Shown: piece by piece, positions 38,085 to 51,970 of the stretch
Layout of the letters: each line of letters starts with the position of its first letter
Position numbering within the stretch: the first letter of the stretch is position 1
Position numbers and translations under genes: made by a program
Notes under the pieces: model-generated
Told to the model about the DNA's origin: nothing
The model's database searches: none
Seen by the model: only the letters and a program-made list of their open reading frames with translations
Origin: a bacterium
GTDB taxonomy: Bacteria; Verrucomicrobiota; Kiritimatiellia; CAIKKV01; CAITUY01
Direction of reading: 5' to 3'
DNA length: 64,000 nt
NCBI GenBank assembly: GCA_037128595.1
Contig: JBAXWB010000008.1
Location: 5,889-69,888, forward strand

Positions 38085-38728
38085 TTAACCTGCCCTGCCT
38101 TCGTCTTTTTCAATGCTTTACGCACCTCAACCATCGCCCCCGAAGGCCCGGGAACGGCGCCTTTAACCAGAATCAGATTCTCGCCCGCCCGAAGCTGGAC
38201 GACCTGCAAATTCTGCGTGGTGACCCGCACATTTCCCATGTGCCCGGGCATATGCTTGCCCTTATGAACACGACCGGGATACGAACGGCAGCCAATCGAA
38301 CCGACACGACGTTTGGAATGACCACCATGGGTCATCGGTCCACCCGCCATCTTGAAACGACGGACCACACCTGCAAACCCTCGGCCCTTGGTCACCCCGA
38401 CGACATCCACATACAGGGCGCCTTCAAGGATGGCGGCGGTAATCGTATCGCCCACCTTCGACTCATCCCCGGCGATTACGGGAAACTCCCGCAGGAACCG
38501 TTGCGGCTTCACTTTCGCAGCTGTAAACTGCCCATTATGGGGTTTATTCGCACGCGAGGCTTTCACCTCGTCAAACCCGAGCTTGAGCGCATCGTAGCCG
38601 TCGCAGCCTTTTGTCTTCCGCTGGACAACAACACACGGGCCCACCTCAATCACTGTAACAGGAGTCTGTTGGCCTTCAGAGCCGAAGACTCGTGTCATTC
38701 CAATTTTTTTTCCGAGTATCCCTTGCAT
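38081..38728 (-). CDS. rplC: 50S ribosomal protein L3
   Basis: MQGILGKKIGMTRVF…. Confidence 0.9.
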   Translation of the reverse strand: MQGILGKKIGMTRVFGSEGQQTPVTVIEVGPCVVVQRKTKGCDGYDALKLGFDEVKASRANKPHNGQFTAAKVKPQRFLREFPVIAGDESKVGDTITAAILEGALYVDVVGVTKGRGFAGVVRRFKMAGGPMTHGGHSKRRVGSIGCRSYPGRVHKGKHMPGHMGNVRVTTQNLQVVQLRAGENLILVKGAVPGPSGAMVEVRKALKKTKAGQVK

Positions 38729-38738
38729 GGCTACCTGC

Positions 38739-39050
38739 TTAAATCTTGATCGTTATATCTACGCCGGCCGGCATGTTGAGTTTTTTCAACTCATCCACCG
38801 TTCTTGCCGTCGGCTCCACAATGTCCAACAACCGTTTATGCGTGCGAACTTCAAATTGTTCCATCGATTTTTTGTCGACATGAACACTTCGGTTGACGCT
38901 ATAACTCTCGATGCGCGTGGGCATGGGAATCGGTCCAACGACCCGGGCTCCCGTCCTTTTCGCCGTCTCCACAATATCCGATACGGACTGATCCAATACC
39001 CGATAGTCGTAGGCTTTCAAACGTATGCGTATTCGTTGCTTTTCCATCAT
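38739..39050 (-). CDS. rpsJ: 30S ribosomal protein S10
   Basis: …[17 protein letters not shown]…. Confidence 0.9.
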   Translation of the reverse strand: MMEKQRIRIRLKAYDYRVLDQSVSDIVETAKRTGARVVGPIPMPTRIESYSVNRSVHVDKKSMEQFEVRTHKRLLDIVEPTARTVDELKKLNMPAGVDITIKI

Positions 39051-39054
39051 TCAC

Positions 39055-41202
39055 TCACCGTTCCAGAAGTTGCTTTTGTATCGCCTCCGGCACCACATCA
39101 AAACAGGCCGGCTCCATTGTGTAACTCGCACGCCCCCGGGTTAATGACCGGACCGCAGTAGAGTAACCGAAAAGTTCCGCCAACGGAACCCGCGCATGGA
39201 TTACCTGCACAGTTTCTTTCCCAACCATATTCTGAACATGGCCGCGTCTGGCGCTCACATCGTTCAGCACATCACCCAGATGCTCCGCTGGAACTATAAT
39301 TTCCAGGGACATGATAGGCTCCAGAATTGCCGGTTTAGCGGTTTTAACCGCCTCCCGCAATGCCATGACTCCCGCCGTCCGGAACGCCACTTCCGTGGAT
39401 TCCTGATCGCGGAACTCTCCGCCCACCACTCGCACCTTTACATCCACCAACGAATAGTTGGCAAGGACACCTGTTGTCAGCCCATCACGGATTCCCTCTT
39501 CCACGCTGGCCCTGAAGGCCGAAGGGATCCGGTTCTGAGACACTTCAAATTCAATTTCAATACCCGCACCCCGCGCCGCCGGCTCGACATCAAGCACCAC
39601 TTCGCCGAACTGTCGCTGCCCGCCGATTTCGCGATCAAACTGGTGCAGGCCATGCCCCGGGGCGGTGATGGTCTCACGATAGGAAACCATCGGGCGTCCG
39701 GCGTTGGCCTGGACTTTGTATTCCCGGAACATACGATCTTTCAAAATCTCAAGGTGCAACTCGCCCATCCCGCTCAGCAGGGTTTGACCTGAGTCAGGAT
39801 CTTTGGTGACCACACAGGTCGGGTCTTCCGCCGCCAGCGCACTCAACGCGTCATTCAATTTGTCGCGATCCGCCTGGGACTTGGGCTCGATGGCCATCGA
39901 GATGACCGGCTCCGGAAAACGGATACGCTCAAGTTCCACCGGCGCATTTTCGACACACAGGGTATCCCCGGTCGTCACATTCTTCAGGCCGATAATCGCA
40001 CCGATCTCACCGGCATGAATGACGTCCACATCTTTCCGGTCATCCGCATGCAAAAAGACCAGCTTCATCACCCGTTCACGCTTCTTGGTGCGGGGGTTGA
40101 ACACATTCTGCCCCTGCTTAATCTGCCCGGAATACACACGGACAAACGCCATACGGCCCATGTAGGGGTCACTCATCAATTTGAAAACCAGCGCGCTCTG
40201 GGGCGCGGAATCGTCGGCCTCACGCGTCACCACTTCACGCGTTTTGGGATGTTCGCCCTGGATCGCGGGAACATCCAGCGGCGACGGCAGGAAATCAACG
40301 ACGGCATCAAGCAAATGCTGGACGCCTTTATTACGCAACGACGACCCGCACAACACGGGCGTGATCGCCTGAGCCAGCGTGGCGCGGCGTATGCCGGCCT
40401 TGAGAATCGAGGCAGGCACATCCGGGCATTCCAGATAGGCCTCAAGCACCCGCTCGTCATGTTCTGCCAACGCCTCAATCATGGCCGCGCGTGCCCGTTC
40501 CGCTTCCACCGCAATCTCCTCCGGAATGGGCAGATATTTCAGCGTGGACCCGAAGGTGGTATCGTCAAACGAAACGGCCTGCATCGTGACCAGATCGACC
40601 AATCCGGTAAAACTATCTTCACTTCCCCAGGGAATCTGGATCGGAACCGGTTGGGCCCCGAGCCGGACCCGGATCTGTTCGACCACGGAAGCGAAATTCG
40701 CGCCGACGCGATCCATTTTGTTGATAAATGCAATGCGCGGAACATGGTAACGGTCAGCCTGATGCCAGACGGTTTCCGATTGGGGCTGCACCCCGCCCAC
40801 GCCGCAGAACACCACTACCGCGCCATCCAGTACGCGAAGGGAGCGCTCCACTTCAACGGTAAAATCGACATGTCCGGGAGTATCGATCAGATTGATCTGA
40901 TGATCGCGCCAGAAACACATGGTCGCGGCACTGGTGATCGTGATGCCGCGTTCTTTTTCCTGAGGCATCCAATCCATCACGGCGGTCCCGTCATGGACTT
41001 CGCCCATGCGGTGCACGCGACCGGCATAGAAGAGAATCCGTTCGCTGGTCGTGGTCTTGCCCGCATCAATGTGAGCAATGACCCCGATATTGCGAACAGC
41101 AGATAGAGGCCGGAGGCGATCCGCCGCTTCACGCGGGCGGGTCTCCCCTGCTGATCCACTATTTTTATTCTGTTCCAAAACCGTTTCCATTGTGGTCTGC
41201 AA
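39055..41202 (-). CDS. fusA: Elongation factor G
   Basis: 715 aa. G-domain AHIDAGKTT…DTPGHVDF. Only 4 bp separate it from rpsJ. Confidence 0.9.
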   Translation of the reverse strand: MQTTMETVLEQNKNSGSAGETRPREAADRLRPLSAVRNIGVIAHIDAGKTTTSERILFYAGRVHRMGEVHDGTAVMDWMPQEKERGITITSAATMCFWRDHQINLIDTPGHVDFTVEVERSLRVLDGAVVVFCGVGGVQPQSETVWHQADRYHVPRIAFINKMDRVGANFASVVEQIRVRLGAQPVPIQIPWGSEDSFTGLVDLVTMQAVSFDDTTFGSTLKYLPIPEEIAVEAERARAAMIEALAEHDERVLEAYLECPDVPASILKAGIRRATLAQAITPVLCGSSLRNKGVQHLLDAVVDFLPSPLDVPAIQGEHPKTREVVTREADDSAPQSALVFKLMSDPYMGRMAFVRVYSGQIKQGQNVFNPRTKKRERVMKLVFLHADDRKDVDVIHAGEIGAIIGLKNVTTGDTLCVENAPVELERIRFPEPVISMAIEPKSQADRDKLNDALSALAAEDPTCVVTKDPDSGQTLLSGMGELHLEILKDRMFREYKVQANAGRPMVSYRETITAPGHGLHQFDREIGGQRQFGEVVLDVEPAARGAGIEIEFEVSQNRIPSAFRASVEEGIRDGLTTGVLANYSLVDVKVRVVGGEFRDQESTEVAFRTAGVMALREAVKTAKPAILEPIMSLEIIVPAEHLGDVLNDVSARRGHVQNMVGKETVQVIHARVPLAELFGYSTAVRSLTRGRASYTMEPACFDVVPEAIQKQLLER

Positions 41203-41255
41203 ACAAACAAGTCCCGTCGCCCGATAAGACGACGGGAATTGTAATCAAATCATCA

Positions 41256-41729
41256 TTACCATCGATAATGCGCAAAGGCCTTGTTAGCCTGCGCCATCTT
41301 ATGCGTTTCGTCGCGTTTCTTGATCGCATTGCCCTGTTCGGCATACGCATCCAAAATTTCCTGAGCTAACGCCCGACGCATCGGAACACCCTTCCGCGTC
41401 TTGGCGTACTGCATGATCCAGCGCATGGCCAGAGCGCCCTGACGATCAGGAGACACTTCCACAGGCACCTGATACGTCGCGCCACCCACACGGCGGGACT
41501 TGACTTCCACTTTCGGGCTCACATTGCTGATAGCCCGGAGGATAATCTCCAAAGGATCGCCATCAGGATGTTTTTCCTGAATAACTTTCAAGGCATCATA
41601 CACAATATTAACCGAAACCGATTTTTTGCCCACCTTCATCAAGTGGTTGACAAGCCGGCCGACCAGCTCGCTGTTATACTTCGGATCCGGATCAACCGTC
41701 CGCCGCACTGCTCTTCGTCTTCGTCCCAT
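41256..41729 (-). CDS. rpsG: 30S ribosomal protein S7
   Basis: Family match. Confidence 0.9.
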   Translation of the reverse strand: MGRRRRAVRRTVDPDPKYNSELVGRLVNHLMKVGKKSVSVNIVYDALKVIQEKHPDGDPLEIILRAISNVSPKVEVKSRRVGGATYQVPVEVSPDRQGALAMRWIMQYAKTRKGVPMRRALAQEILDAYAEQGNAIKKRDETHKMAQANKAFAHYRW

Positions 41730-41743
41730 AATCTTGCGCCGTC

Positions 41744-42121
41744 CTACGCTTTTTTCGGTGTTTTGACGCCATATTTAGAACGGCCCCTGTGCCGTCCCTC
41801 AACGCCCAATGTGTCCAACGTCCCACGAACAATGTGGTACCGGACACCGGGCAGGTCCTTGACACGCCCGCCACGGACCAGCACAACACTATGCTCCTGC
41901 AAATTGTGCCCTTCGCCCGGGATGTAAGCCGTTACTTCTTCGCCATTCGTCAGGCGAACACGTGCCACTTTACGTAGCGCCGAGTTCGGCTTTTTGGGCG
42001 TCTGCGTCTTAACTGAGAGACACACACCCCGGCGCTGAGGACAATTCTTCAGCGCGGGAGATTTACTTTTATAGCGGACCTGTTTACGTCCGTATTTCAC
42101 AAGTTGATTGATCGTTGGCAT
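41744..42121 (-). CDS. rpsL: 30S ribosomal protein S12
   Basis: [14 protein letters not shown]…. Confidence 0.9.
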   Translation of the reverse strand: MPTINQLVKYGRKQVRYKSKSPALKNCPQRRGVCLSVKTQTPKKPNSALRKVARVRLTNGEEVTAYIPGEGHNLQEHSVVLVRGGRVKDLPGVRYHIVRGTLDTLGVEGRHRGRSKYGVKTPKKA

Positions 42122-42189
42122 AAATTTCGTTATCCCTTTTTAACGCAAAGCGTGTAAAGATGCCCGAAGCACCGTATTCCTGTCAAGCT

Positions 42190-45100
42190 TTATCCCAGCA
42201 GTTCTTTGGCTTTCTTTAACTCTTCGCTTTCCTGGCGCAGATCCTCTTCCGGAATCGGCTCAGCCAGAGGCACTAATTTGATATTCCGGAACATCGGGAA
42301 ACCCGTCCCGCCCGGTATCAAATGTCCCATAATTACATTTTCCTTGAAACCATACAATGTGTCGATACGTCCCAGGGTCGCCGCTTCCGTGAGCACCCGG
42401 GTGGTGTCCTGGAATGAAGCCGCCGAAATGAAACTTTCCGTTTCCAGAGCCGCCTTGGTAATCCCCAGAAGCGCCGGAGACGCTTCCGCGGCACGCTTTC
42501 CTTCCGCCGATGCCTTGGCATTGACTTCCTGGAACGCCTGCTTTTCAACCTGCTCGCCCCAGAGGAAATCGGTATCGCCGGCGTCGGTAATCCGGACCTT
42601 GCGCAACATCTGCCGCACGATGATCTCAATGTGCTTGTCATTGATTTCAACGCCCTGCAGCCGATACACTTCCTGCACCTGATTGACCAGATACTCCTGA
42701 AGTTCTTGCGGTCCGCAAATCTCGAGAATTTCCTGAGGAACAATGGGGCCTTCCGTCAGCTGCTGGCCCTTCTGCACGTAGTCGCCCTTATAGACGACGA
42801 TATGCTTGCCCATCGGAATCAGATGCTGCTCCTCGTCATTGGTGACCGAATCACGGATCAGCAAACAGCGCCGTCCGCGCTGATTGGCGCCGAAATCGAC
42901 AATCCCGTCAATTTTGGCAATCTCTGCCGCATCTTTCGGGCGCCGGGCTTCGAACAATTCCGCCACACGGGGCAACCCGCCTGTAATATCCTTCGTCTTC
43001 GACTCCTTGCGAGGAGTTTTAGCTAGGACCTCACCGGCGGCGACTTTCTTACCGTCCTTGATCATGACGTGAGCGCCCGCGGGAATATTGTAAATGGAGG
43101 CCGGCTCATTGTTGCCATGGGAGACCACGATCTGCGGATGCAGATCTTCCTTGTGCTCCAGAACCACGGTCCCCATCAAACCGGTCGACTGATCGACATC
43201 CTTTTTGACGGTCACGTTCTCAATAAAGCCCTGGAAATGCACCACACCGGGCTTTTCCGCCAGAATCGGCACACTGTACGGATCCCACTCGATGAAGCTC
43301 TGCGTCTTTTTGACGTGACCGCCGTCGGCCACTGAAATGAGCGCCCCGATTGCGATCGAGTGGCGTTCCACCTCACGACCGGTGTCATCAAATACGCCCA
43401 CCGATCCGTTTTTATTGAGGACAACAAAGCTTCCCTGATCATTCACGACCGTACGCATGTTCGTGTATTGAATCGTCCCGTCATGCTTCGCGATCACATG
43501 CGGCTGCTTGAATACCGCGCTGGCGGTACCACCAATATGGAACGTACGCATGGTTAACTGCGTGCCGGGCTCACCGATCGACTGGGCGGCAATGATGCCC
43601 ACGGCCGTACCGATTTCCACAGGGCTGCCATTCGACAAATCCCGTCCATAACATTTGGCACAGATGCCGCGCTTGGATTCACAGGTCAGAACACTGCGAA
43701 TACGGACTTTCTCGATATCGGCGTTCATGATCACTTCGGCCACGACTTCATCAATCAGCCCGCCCGCCGGAACAATCACCTCACGGGTTACCGGGTGGAC
43801 GATGTCATTCAGAGCGGTACGCCCTTTCAGCCGATCCGCCAGAGACACGACGTTTTCGTCGCCCTCGCCGATCGCCTTGACTTCAATCCCGTTCAGGGTA
43901 TTGCAATCCTGCTCGATGATTCTCACGTCCTGGGCCACATCCACCAACTTACGGGTCAAATACCCAGCGTCAGCGGTTTTAAGGGCGGTATCCGCCAACC
44001 CCTTACGTGCACCGTGCGTACTGATGAAATATTCCAGAACGCTCAAGCCTTCCCGGAAATTCGACACAATGGGACGCTCAATAATTTCACCTGACGGCTT
44101 GGCCATCAAACCGCGCATACCCGCCAACTGCCGGATCTGCTGGCGACTACCACGAGCCTTGGAGTCTACCATCATGAAAATCGGATTGGCTTCATCGCTA
44201 TCCCCGTTTTCCTCAATGGCACGATACATGGCGTTAGAGGTCTCGTCCGTGGCCTGGGTCCAAATATCAACAATCTTGTTGTATCGTTCCCCGTCAGTGA
44301 TGATACCGCGACGGTACTGGCTCTCAACTTCAGCCACCGACTTGTGAGCCTTGGCAATGATTTCTTCTTTTTCAGACGGAATAATCATGTCCGACAGACC
44401 GATGGAAATCCCGGCCAGGGTCGCATGCTCAAACCCGATGTTCTTCAGGCTGTCAAGCACACGCACGGTCACCGCGTTACCGCTCTGGCGGTAGCAGTGC
44501 CAGATCAATTTACCCAGGAATGATTTGTCGCAGCAGCGATTCACAAATCCGAGGGTGTCAGGCAGAATCTCGTTGAAAAACACGCGTCCCACGGTGGTTA
44601 CCAACATCTTGGAATTGGTGTCACCAAACACGGTTGTCCGTTTGAGATCCGGGTTTTGGAAACGAATCCGGTGATGAATCTTCAAAGCTCCATCATCATA
44701 AGCCAACCGGACTTCACTGGCCTCGGAAAAGATGGGGAGGCGTTCCTGCTCCTGAGCCTTGCCTTCTTTTTTCCGGCGGACCTCTTTAATCCGGTCCTTC
44801 TGTGCGGAGGACGTCAGATAATAGATTCCCAGTGCGATATCCTGGGTGGGCGTCATCACGGGACGGCCACTGGAGGGTGAAAAGACGTTATGGGGCGACA
44901 GCATCAGCAACCGGGACTCAATCTGAGCCTCGATGGACAACGGCACGTGCACCGCCATCTGGTCACCGTCAAAGTCAGCATTATAAGCCGTACACACCAG
45001 CGGATGGACCTGAATGGCCTCCCCTTCAACCAGGGTAGGCTCGAATGACTGAATGCTCAAGCGATGCAAGGTGGGGGCACGATTCAGCATGACAGTCTTG

Positions 45101-46371
45101 TCACGCGTAATCTCCTCAAGGATCGCCCAGACCTCATCGGACTGTTTATCAATCAGTTTTTTAGCGGAACGGACGGTATGCGCAACCCCCATCTCCTTCA
45201 AACGCCGGATGATAAAAGGCTCAAACAGCACCAAGGCCATCTTTTTGGGCAGCCCGCACTGATGCAGCTTAAGTTCCGGTCCGACCACAATCACTGACCG
45301 TCCGGAATAATCCACACGTTTCCCCAGCAGATTCTGACGGAACCGGCCCCCTTTACCCTTCAGCATATCGCTCAGGGATTTCAGCGGCCGATTGCCGGCA
45401 CCGGTGACCGCACGACCATGCCGGCCGTTATCGATCACCGCATCGACGGCTTCCTGCAACATCCGCTTTTCGTTCCGGATGATGACATCAGGCGTCTTGA
45501 GTTGCAGCAGGTTTTTCAACCGGTTATTCCGGTTGATGACGCGCCGGTAAAGATCATTGAGATCAGAGGTGGCAAAGCGCCCGCCCTCCAGAGGCACCAA
45601 AGGCCGCAAGTCCGGCGGGATCACGGGCAACACCTCGAAAATCATCCATTCCGGACGGGCGTTACTGGTCAAAAAGCCCTCAAGCACCTTCATCCGCTTG
45701 GAAATCTTTTTGCGGATCTGCTTGCTGCGCGTGGTTTCCATTTGCGCATCCAGCTCAACCATCGCCTTTTCGAGATCTAATTTTTTCATTAGATCACGTA
45801 CCGCTTCGGCGCCGATTTTAGCGACGAAGGCATCGCTATATTTATCCTGAGCCTCCCGGTATTCCATCTCGCTCAGAAGCTGTTTTTCCTGAAGCGGGGT
45901 ATCCCCCGGCTCAATCACCACGTAATCTTCATAATACAGGATCCGCTCAAGCGCACGCGCGGTCATGTCCAGCACCAGCCCAAGGCGGCTGGGAGTGCAC
46001 TTGAAAAACCAGATATGCGAAACCGGCACCGCCAGATCAATATGACCCATGCGTTCACGACGCACCCGCGACTGGGTGATTTCAACGCCGCAACGGTCGC
46101 AGATCACGCCCTTGTGCTTGATGCGCTTGTACTTTCCGCAACTGCATTCCCAGTCCCGGGTGGGTCCGAAAATCCGTTCGCAGAACAAGCCGCCCTTTTC
46201 CGGCTTATAGGTCCGGTAATTGATCGTCTCGGGATTTTTAACCTCACCATGGCTCCACGCCCGGATTGTGTCCGGCGAGGCCAGGGAGATATTCACGGAA
46301 TCAAACCCCTCCATCAGGGGCATTCCAAGCCGCTCACGGGCGGCAGAATTTGTAAAGGTACGTTCCGACAT
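42190..46371 (-). CDS. rpoC: DNA-directed RNA polymerase subunit beta-prime
   Basis: ~1393 aa. NADFDGD active site and Zn-binding CSCGKYK…C motifs. Start trimmed to MSERTF… (cat 46369-46371). Confidence 0.9.
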   Translation of the reverse strand: MSERTFTNSAARERLGMPLMEGFDSVNISLASPDTIRAWSHGEVKNPETINYRTYKPEKGGLFCERIFGPTRDWECSCGKYKRIKHKGVICDRCGVEITQSRVRRERMGHIDLAVPVSHIWFFKCTPSRLGLVLDMTARALERILYYEDYVVIEPGDTPLQEKQLLSEMEYREAQDKYSDAFVAKIGAEAVRDLMKKLDLEKAMVELDAQMETTRSKQIRKKISKRMKVLEGFLTSNARPEWMIFEVLPVIPPDLRPLVPLEGGRFATSDLNDLYRRVINRNNRLKNLLQLKTPDVIIRNEKRMLQEAVDAVIDNGRHGRAVTGAGNRPLKSLSDMLKGKGGRFRQNLLGKRVDYSGRSVIVVGPELKLHQCGLPKKMALVLFEPFIIRRLKEMGVAHTVRSAKKLIDKQSDEVWAILEEITRDKTVMLNRAPTLHRLSIQSFEPTLVEGEAIQVHPLVCTAYNADFDGDQMAVHVPLSIEAQIESRLLMLSPHNVFSPSSGRPVMTPTQDIALGIYYLTSSAQKDRIKEVRRKKEGKAQEQERLPIFSEASEVRLAYDDGALKIHHRIRFQNPDLKRTTVFGDTNSKMLVTTVGRVFFNEILPDTLGFVNRCCDKSFLGKLIWHCYRQSGNAVTVRVLDSLKNIGFEHATLAGISIGLSDMIIPSEKEEIIAKAHKSVAEVESQYRRGIITDGERYNKIVDIWTQATDETSNAMYRAIEENGDSDEANPIFMMVDSKARGSRQQIRQLAGMRGLMAKPSGEIIERPIVSNFREGLSVLEYFISTHGARKGLADTALKTADAGYLTRKLVDVAQDVRIIEQDCNTLNGIEVKAIGEGDENVVSLADRLKGRTALNDIVHPVTREVIVPAGGLIDEVVAEVIMNADIEKVRIRSVLTCESKRGICAKCYGRDLSNGSPVEIGTAVGIIAAQSIGEPGTQLTMRTFHIGGTASAVFKQPHVIAKHDGTIQYTNMRTVVNDQGSFVVLNKNGSVGVFDDTGREVERHSIAIGALISVADGGHVKKTQSFIEWDPYSVPILAEKPGVVHFQGFIENVTVKKDVDQSTGLMGTVVLEHKEDLHPQIVVSHGNNEPASIYNIPAGAHVMIKDGKKVAAGEVLAKTPRKESKTKDITGGLPRVAELFEARRPKDAAEIAKIDGIVDFGANQRGRRCLLIRDSVTNDEEQHLIPMGKHIVVYKGDYVQKGQQLTEGPIVPQEILEICGPQELQEYLVNQVQEVYRLQGVEINDKHIEIIVRQMLRKVRITDAGDTDFLWGEQVEKQAFQEVNAKASAEGKRAAEASPALLGITKAALETESFISAASFQDTTRVLTEAATLGRIDTLYGFKENVIMGHLIPGGTGFPMFRNIKLVPLAEPIPEEDLRQESEELKKAKELLG

Positions 46372-46399
46372 AGGTGACTCAGCGTTGCCGCCGCCTCCG

Positions 46400-49300
46400 T
46401 TAAACTCGTTTTTCCTTCGCTTCAGCCCGCACATCCAAACCAATAGCTCTCAGCTCATTGATCAAGACGTTGAACGACTCAGGGCGGTCCGCCTCAAGTA
46501 CATTCTCACCTTTTACGATAGATTCGTAAATTCGTGTCCGTCCGGTGGTATCATCACTCTTGACGGTCAACAATTCCTGCAGAGCATAAGCGGCTCCATA
46601 AGCTTCCAGCGCCCACACTTCCATTTCACCGAGACGCTGGCCACCGTATTGCGCCTTACCACCCAGCGGCTGCTGAGTCACAAGGGAATAGGGACCCACG
46701 GCACGGGCATGAATCTTGTCGCTCACCAAATGATGCAACTTCAGCATGTAGATATAACCCACAACCACCCGCTGATCAAACGGTTCGCCCGTTCGCCCAT
46801 CAAACAGTTGCGTCTTACCATCCGACGGAAGCTTCGCCTCATCCATCAAATCATGAATACGTTTCTCGGAAATACCATCGAAGACCGGGGTGCTCGCATA
46901 GAGCCCGAGAATCTTGCAGGCCCACCCCAGATGGGTTTCCAGCACCTGTCCGACGTTCATACGAGACGGCACACCCAGCGGGTTCAGCACGATATCCACC
47001 GGCGTTCCATCCGGCAGGAAAGGCATATCCGCCTCAGGCAGGATCCTGGCGACCACGCCCTTGTTACCATGGCGTCCGGCCATCTTGTCACCTACGGACA
47101 ATTTCTTCTTGCTCGCGATATACACCCGGACTTGCTTGATAATCCCCTGGTCAACCTCGTCCCCGCTCTCCAGCCGGTCAATGGCGTTCTCGAACTCATG
47201 TTCAAGCTCGACAAATTTCTGCTGATGCTCGGCGATGATTTCCTGAATTTTGATCTGGATCGGGCTACTTTCGATCGCGATGTGAGCACTTTCGTTAGCC
47301 AGTTTCCGGAGCAATGTTTTGGTGATTTTGCGGTTCGCCGGGATAATGATTTCGCCTGAATCAATATTCAGCACATCCAGCGGAATCTTTTCTCCCAGGA
47401 GAATGTTGCTGAGGGCTTCAGTTAACTGATCAATCAGTTCCTGTTTCTTCCCCGCCTGCTCCTGCGTCACATTTTTGGCCTGACGCTTGCGTTCGGTCGG
47501 CGTCATCTTCTCGCGGGCGATATCCTTATGAGCAGACACCTTGACATCCATCACGATCCCGTAGGTACCGCTCGGAACCGTCAGGGAGGTATCCCTCACA
47601 TCAGCGGCCTTTTCGCCGAAGATGGCCCGGAGCAATCGCTCTTCCGGCGCCAGCTCGGTTTCACTCTTGGGCGTGATCTTGCCCACCAGAATGTCATCCG
47701 GCTTCACTTCCGCACCGATGCGGATGACCCCGTCAGGGCCGAGATTGCGCAAGGCTTCTTCGCCGACGTTGGGAATATCCCGGGTGATTTCCTCAGGACC
47801 CAGCTTGGTATCCCGGGCGCCCACCTCAAACTCCTGAATGTGAACCGAGGTGAACACGTCCTCGCGGACGACTCGCTCGCTGATCAGAATGGCATCTTCG
47901 AAGTTGTAACCGCTCCAGGGCATAAACCCGACCAGCACATTCCGGCCAATCGACAACTCACCGTCACGGGTTGCAGGACCATCCGCCAGGACATCGCCCA
48001 TCCGGACCTTCTGCCCGACGCTGACCACAGGCCTCTGGTTGACACAGGTTCCGGCATTGGAGCGCATGAACTTATTCAGGACATAGGTGCGATCCGCATC
48101 CTTTTTCTTGGCGGCCTTGTCGCTCGTGACCACGATTTTATTCGCGGACACGTAGGTCACCACGCCCGGCTCTTCAGCCAATGCGAGCACCCCCGAGTCA
48201 CGGGCAATACGATTTTCCAATCCAGTCGCCACGAACGGACGCTCTGTTTCCATCAGAGGCACGGCCTGCCGCATCATGTTCGAGCCCATCAAGGCCCGGT
48301 TGGCATCATCGTGTTCCAAAAAGGGAATCAAGCCAGCCGCCACAGAAACGACCTGCTTAGGCGAGACGTCCATGAAGTCGACTTTTTCTTTAGGCACTTC
48401 AAGGAATTCACCCCGGTGACGAACGGCAATCGCCTCGCGGGACATCCGGCTCTTTGCATCCAACGGCGTGTTGGCCTGGGCAATGATGAATTTCTCCTCG
48501 CGATCGGCGCTAAGATACTCCACTTCATCAGACACGGTTCCGTTATTTACCTTGCGGTAGGGCGTCTCGATAAAGCCGTATTCATTGATCCGGGCGTAAA
48601 TACCCAGAGACGAAATCAAACCGATATTCGGACCTTCAGGGGTTTCAATCGGGCAGATACGACCATAATGACTGCTATGAACGTCGCGGACTTCAAATCC
48701 GGCACGCTCACGGCTCAACCCGCCCGGGCCCAAGGCGCTTAACCGCCGCTTATGGGCGAGTTCCGACAGCGGATTGGTCTGATCCATGAACTGGCTCAAC
48801 TGGCTCCGTCCAAAGAAATCCTTGACCACCGCCGACAGGGTTTTGGGATTGACCAGCCGCTGAGGCGTCAAGGTCCCGGTATTGGGATCAAATAACGTCA
48901 TGCGCTCACGAACCAACCGCTCCGCACGGGCCAGGCCCACACGGCACTGATTCTCGATCAATTCCCCGATGGTGCGCAACCGACGGCTTCCCAGATGATC
49001 AATATCATCCACCATCCCTTGCCCATTCCGGATACTGATCAAATAACGGATCGCCGCGATCAAGTCGCTGCCATCAGGATTCAAGGTGCGCAGGCGCTCT
49101 TCATCGGTGACGGTGATAAAGGCATCCTTCTCCTTGGCATCCTTGCGCGCCATGATGGTATCAATCAGGCCGATGGCGTCATTGATTTCGCCATCCAATT
49201 TCTGATTGATCTTGTAACGGCCCACGCGGCCGAGATCATAGCGCCGGACGTCGAAGAACAACCGCTTCAGCAACTGACGGGCATTCGAGACCGTCGCAGG

Positions 49301-50245
49301 GTCGCCGGGGCGCAAACGCAAATAGATGTCCTTCAGGGCGTCATCCATTGAATGCGTCGGATCTTCCTTAATGCTCTTCAGCATGATTCCGGAATCCCAA
49401 GAGACGTCAACGACATCCACATCCTTGAAACCGGCGGCCTTCATCTGGGCCAGAACATTTTCAGACAGAGGCTCATAGCGCCGTGCCAGAACCGTCTGGG
49501 AGTCGACATCGATCACATCTTCGCGGAAGACCAGGTTCACCAGTTTTTCAGCAGTACTGGTTTCGCTCATCTTCAGCTTGCGGAAGGTGTAGAACAGTGA
49601 CAACAGATCGTCATCCGATCCATAGCCCAACGCCCGCAAGAATGTCACCGCCAGGAACTTCCTGCGGCGATGCCGTCGATCCATATAGATCCACAGCAGA
49701 TCGGAAGCATCAAACTGTACTTCAACCCATGACCCGCGATCCGGGATGATGCGGAAGGAGTACAGCATGTTGCCACTGGAGTGAACCGACTGCTCAAAAC
49801 AGATGCCTGGAGAACGATGCAACTGGCTGACGATCACCCGCTCGGCCCCGTTGATAACGAACGCTCCCTGCTTAGTCATAAGCGGGATTTCGCCCATATA
49901 AACGGTCTCTTCGCGGATTTCCTCGCCATCCTTCAACCGGAACGTGACATGCAGCGTCCCCGCGAAAGTCTGACCCTCGCGTAACGTTTCGTAGGGGTCG
50001 GCCTTGGGTAAGGAAAACTCATACTTCACGAAATCGAGTGCGTAACGCCCATCATAACTTTCAATGGGAAAGACTTCCTTGAATACCACCTGCAGCCCCA
50101 TGGGCTTACGTGCGCCAGGGGCAATGTCAAGTTGAAGGAAATCCTTATACGACGCCGTCTGAATTTCGATCAGATTAGGCGGCTCGATTACCTCAACCAG
50201 TTTTCCAAAGTTCGTTCTCTCAACCATAGCCAGCACCTGTTGCAC
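46400..50245 (-). CDS. rpoB: DNA-directed RNA polymerase subunit beta
   Basis: 1281 aa, collinear with RpoB. An alternative start at Met7 (50227) is possible. Confidence 0.9.
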   Translation of the reverse strand: MQQVLAMVERTNFGKLVEVIEPPNLIEIQTASYKDFLQLDIAPGARKPMGLQVVFKEVFPIESYDGRYALDFVKYEFSLPKADPYETLREGQTFAGTLHVTFRLKDGEEIREETVYMGEIPLMTKQGAFVINGAERVIVSQLHRSPGICFEQSVHSSGNMLYSFRIIPDRGSWVEVQFDASDLLWIYMDRRHRRRKFLAVTFLRALGYGSDDDLLSLFYTFRKLKMSETSTAEKLVNLVFREDVIDVDSQTVLARRYEPLSENVLAQMKAAGFKDVDVVDVSWDSGIMLKSIKEDPTHSMDDALKDIYLRLRPGDPATVSNARQLLKRLFFDVRRYDLGRVGRYKINQKLDGEINDAIGLIDTIMARKDAKEKDAFITVTDEERLRTLNPDGSDLIAAIRYLISIRNGQGMVDDIDHLGSRRLRTIGELIENQCRVGLARAERLVRERMTLFDPNTGTLTPQRLVNPKTLSAVVKDFFGRSQLSQFMDQTNPLSELAHKRRLSALGPGGLSRERAGFEVRDVHSSHYGRICPIETPEGPNIGLISSLGIYARINEYGFIETPYRKVNNGTVSDEVEYLSADREEKFIIAQANTPLDAKSRMSREAIAVRHRGEFLEVPKEKVDFMDVSPKQVVSVAAGLIPFLEHDDANRALMGSNMMRQAVPLMETERPFVATGLENRIARDSGVLALAEEPGVVTYVSANKIVVTSDKAAKKKDADRTYVLNKFMRSNAGTCVNQRPVVSVGQKVRMGDVLADGPATRDGELSIGRNVLVGFMPWSGYNFEDAILISERVVREDVFTSVHIQEFEVGARDTKLGPEEITRDIPNVGEEALRNLGPDGVIRIGAEVKPDDILVGKITPKSETELAPEERLLRAIFGEKAADVRDTSLTVPSGTYGIVMDVKVSAHKDIAREKMTPTERKRQAKNVTQEQAGKKQELIDQLTEALSNILLGEKIPLDVLNIDSGEIIIPANRKITKTLLRKLANESAHIAIESSPIQIKIQEIIAEHQQKFVELEHEFENAIDRLESGDEVDQGIIKQVRVYIASKKKLSVGDKMAGRHGNKGVVARILPEADMPFLPDGTPVDIVLNPLGVPSRMNVGQVLETHLGWACKILGLYASTPVFDGISEKRIHDLMDEAKLPSDGKTQLFDGRTGEPFDQRVVVGYIYMLKLHHLVSDKIHARAVGPYSLVTQQPLGGKAQYGGQRLGEMEVWALEAYGAAYALQELLTVKSDDTTGRTRIYESIVKGENVLEADRPESFNVLINELRAIGLDVRAEAKEKRV

Positions 50246-50313
50246 CGGGTTTCCAGCACACCAACACCGCGGTCACACGACCGCCCGTCGTAACACACCA
50301 CCCAGAAATCAGG

Positions 50314-50712
50314 TTACTTGACTTCGACGGTCGCGCCAGCCTTCTCCAAGGCTTCCTTGATCTTGGCGGCCTCGTCCTTGGAAATGCCTTCCTTGACGGT
50401 CTTCGGTGCGCCTTCGACCAGATCCTTGGATTCCTTCAGGCCGAGCCCGGTGATGCCACGGATTTCCTTGATGACGCCAATCTTGTTGCTACCGGCCGCG
50501 GCCAGGATCACATTGAATTCCGTCTTCTCCGCTGCCGCTGCCGCCGGAGCGCCCGCAGGAGCTGCCGCCATCATTCCCATCGGGGCTGACGCCGTCACAC
50601 CCAGGCGTTGTTCCAGACCCTTAACGAGCTGCGAGAGCTCCAGAACGGTCATGTTTTCAACTGCTTTGACAATTTCTTCCATTTTCGCATCTAACTTGAT
50701 TTCTTCAGACAT
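50314..50712 (-). CDS. rplL: 50S ribosomal protein L7/L12
   Basis: Ala-rich hinge and a C-terminal domain ending …[14 protein letters not shown]. Confidence 0.9.
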   Translation of the reverse strand: MSEEIKLDAKMEEIVKAVENMTVLELSQLVKGLEQRLGVTASAPMGMMAAAPAGAPAAAAAEKTEFNVILAAAGSNKIGVIKEIRGITGLGLKESKDLVEGAPKTVKEGISKDEAAKIKEALEKAGATVEVK

Positions 50713-50748
50713 GGTATATCTCCCTTGCTAATCAACTACACTCAAACG

Positions 50749-51276
50749 TCACTTCGTTGCGTTCTTTTTGTCCTCAACCGCCTTCAATACGTATACGATG
50801 GTGGACACCTTTTGCTTCAACACGCCAACCAGACGCGTGAGCGGAGCCGCCACTGTACCCACCAACTGACTCAACAGCACCTCGCGAGGCGGCAGTTCAG
50901 CCAAGGCATCAATCTGAGAGGATGTCAAAATAACATTCCCCATGACGCCCGCCTTGACCACCGGCATCCCGCACGCCGTGCAGAACTGCTTGATCGTCTT
51001 GGCCGCCTGAACCGGATCCGTGCCCGTCACGATGGCCGACTGGCCCTTCAGCGACGTATCCAGATCCTGCCACCCTTTGTCCTTCGTAATCAGGCGCAGA
51101 AACCGGTTCTTCACAACCTGCATGCGCGCGCCCGTTTTACCGAGTTTCCGGCGAAGGTCCGAGAACTGTTCCACCTTCATGCCGCGGTATTCCGCAACAA
51201 AGACAAAGGTTGAATCGTTCACCTGGGAAGTTAATTCCCCTAGAATTGATTGTTTTTCTGGTCTCATTGAACCCAA
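50749..51276 (-). CDS. rplJ: 50S ribosomal protein L10
   Basis: MGSMRPEKQSILGEL… aligns with the L10 N-terminus. Only 8 bp separate it from rplA. Confidence 0.85.
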   Translation of the reverse strand: MGSMRPEKQSILGELTSQVNDSTFVFVAEYRGMKVEQFSDLRRKLGKTGARMQVVKNRFLRLITKDKGWQDLDTSLKGQSAIVTGTDPVQAAKTIKQFCTACGMPVVKAGVMGNVILTSSQIDALAELPPREVLLSQLVGTVAAPLTRLVGVLKQKVSTIVYVLKAVEDKKNATK

Positions 51277-51284
51277 CCTTTTCG

Positions 51285-51968
51285 TTACTCACGCACGTCT
51301 ACGCGGAGGCCAACCCCCATCGTGGAACTGAGCGTACACCGTTTAATAAAGACACCCTTGGCGGCCGCCGGGCGTGCTGACGCAATCGCCGCGATCACCG
51401 CATTGACATTGTCCTGAAGCTTAACGGCCTCAAATGACAGTTTCCCGAAGGGGACCTGCACGTTGCCGTTCCGGTCCATCCGATACTCCACGCGACCCGC
51501 CTTGCTCTCGCGGACCGCAAAGGCGGTATCATCCGAAACCGTGCCCGTTTTCGGATTTGGCATCAGACCGCGGGGGCCCAACACTTTACCGAGTTTGCGG
51601 ACTTCCTTCATGGCTTCCGGCGTGGCAATGGCGATATCGAAATCCACCCAACCGCCCTTGACCTTTTCAATCAGATCCTCGTTACCGACGAATTCAGCAC
51701 CGGCGGCCCGGGCCGCATCCGCTGCCGCCCCTGCCGCAAAAACGGCCACACGGACAGTTTTACCGGTCCCATGCGGGAGTGCCACGGTGCCACGGACGGT
51801 CTGATCCGTCTTCTTGGTGTCAACACCAAGCCGAATCGCGAGTTCGGCGGTTTCATCAAATTTGGCAATTTTATTTGCCTTCAGAAAGTCGATTGCCTCG
51901 GACACGGAGTAAACCTTGTCTTCGGTCTTTTCGGCTACCTTACGATATTTTTTACCGTGCGTCGCCAT
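51285..51968 (-). CDS. rplA: 50S ribosomal protein L1
   Basis: MATHGKKYRKVAEK…. Confidence 0.9.
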   Translation of the reverse strand: MATHGKKYRKVAEKTEDKVYSVSEAIDFLKANKIAKFDETAELAIRLGVDTKKTDQTVRGTVALPHGTGKTVRVAVFAAGAAADAARAAGAEFVGNEDLIEKVKGGWVDFDIAIATPEAMKEVRKLGKVLGPRGLMPNPKTGTVSDDTAFAVRESKAGRVEYRMDRNGNVQVPFGKLSFEAVKLQDNVNAVIAAIASARPAAAKGVFIKRCTLSSTMGVGLRVDVRE

Positions 51969-51970
51969 GG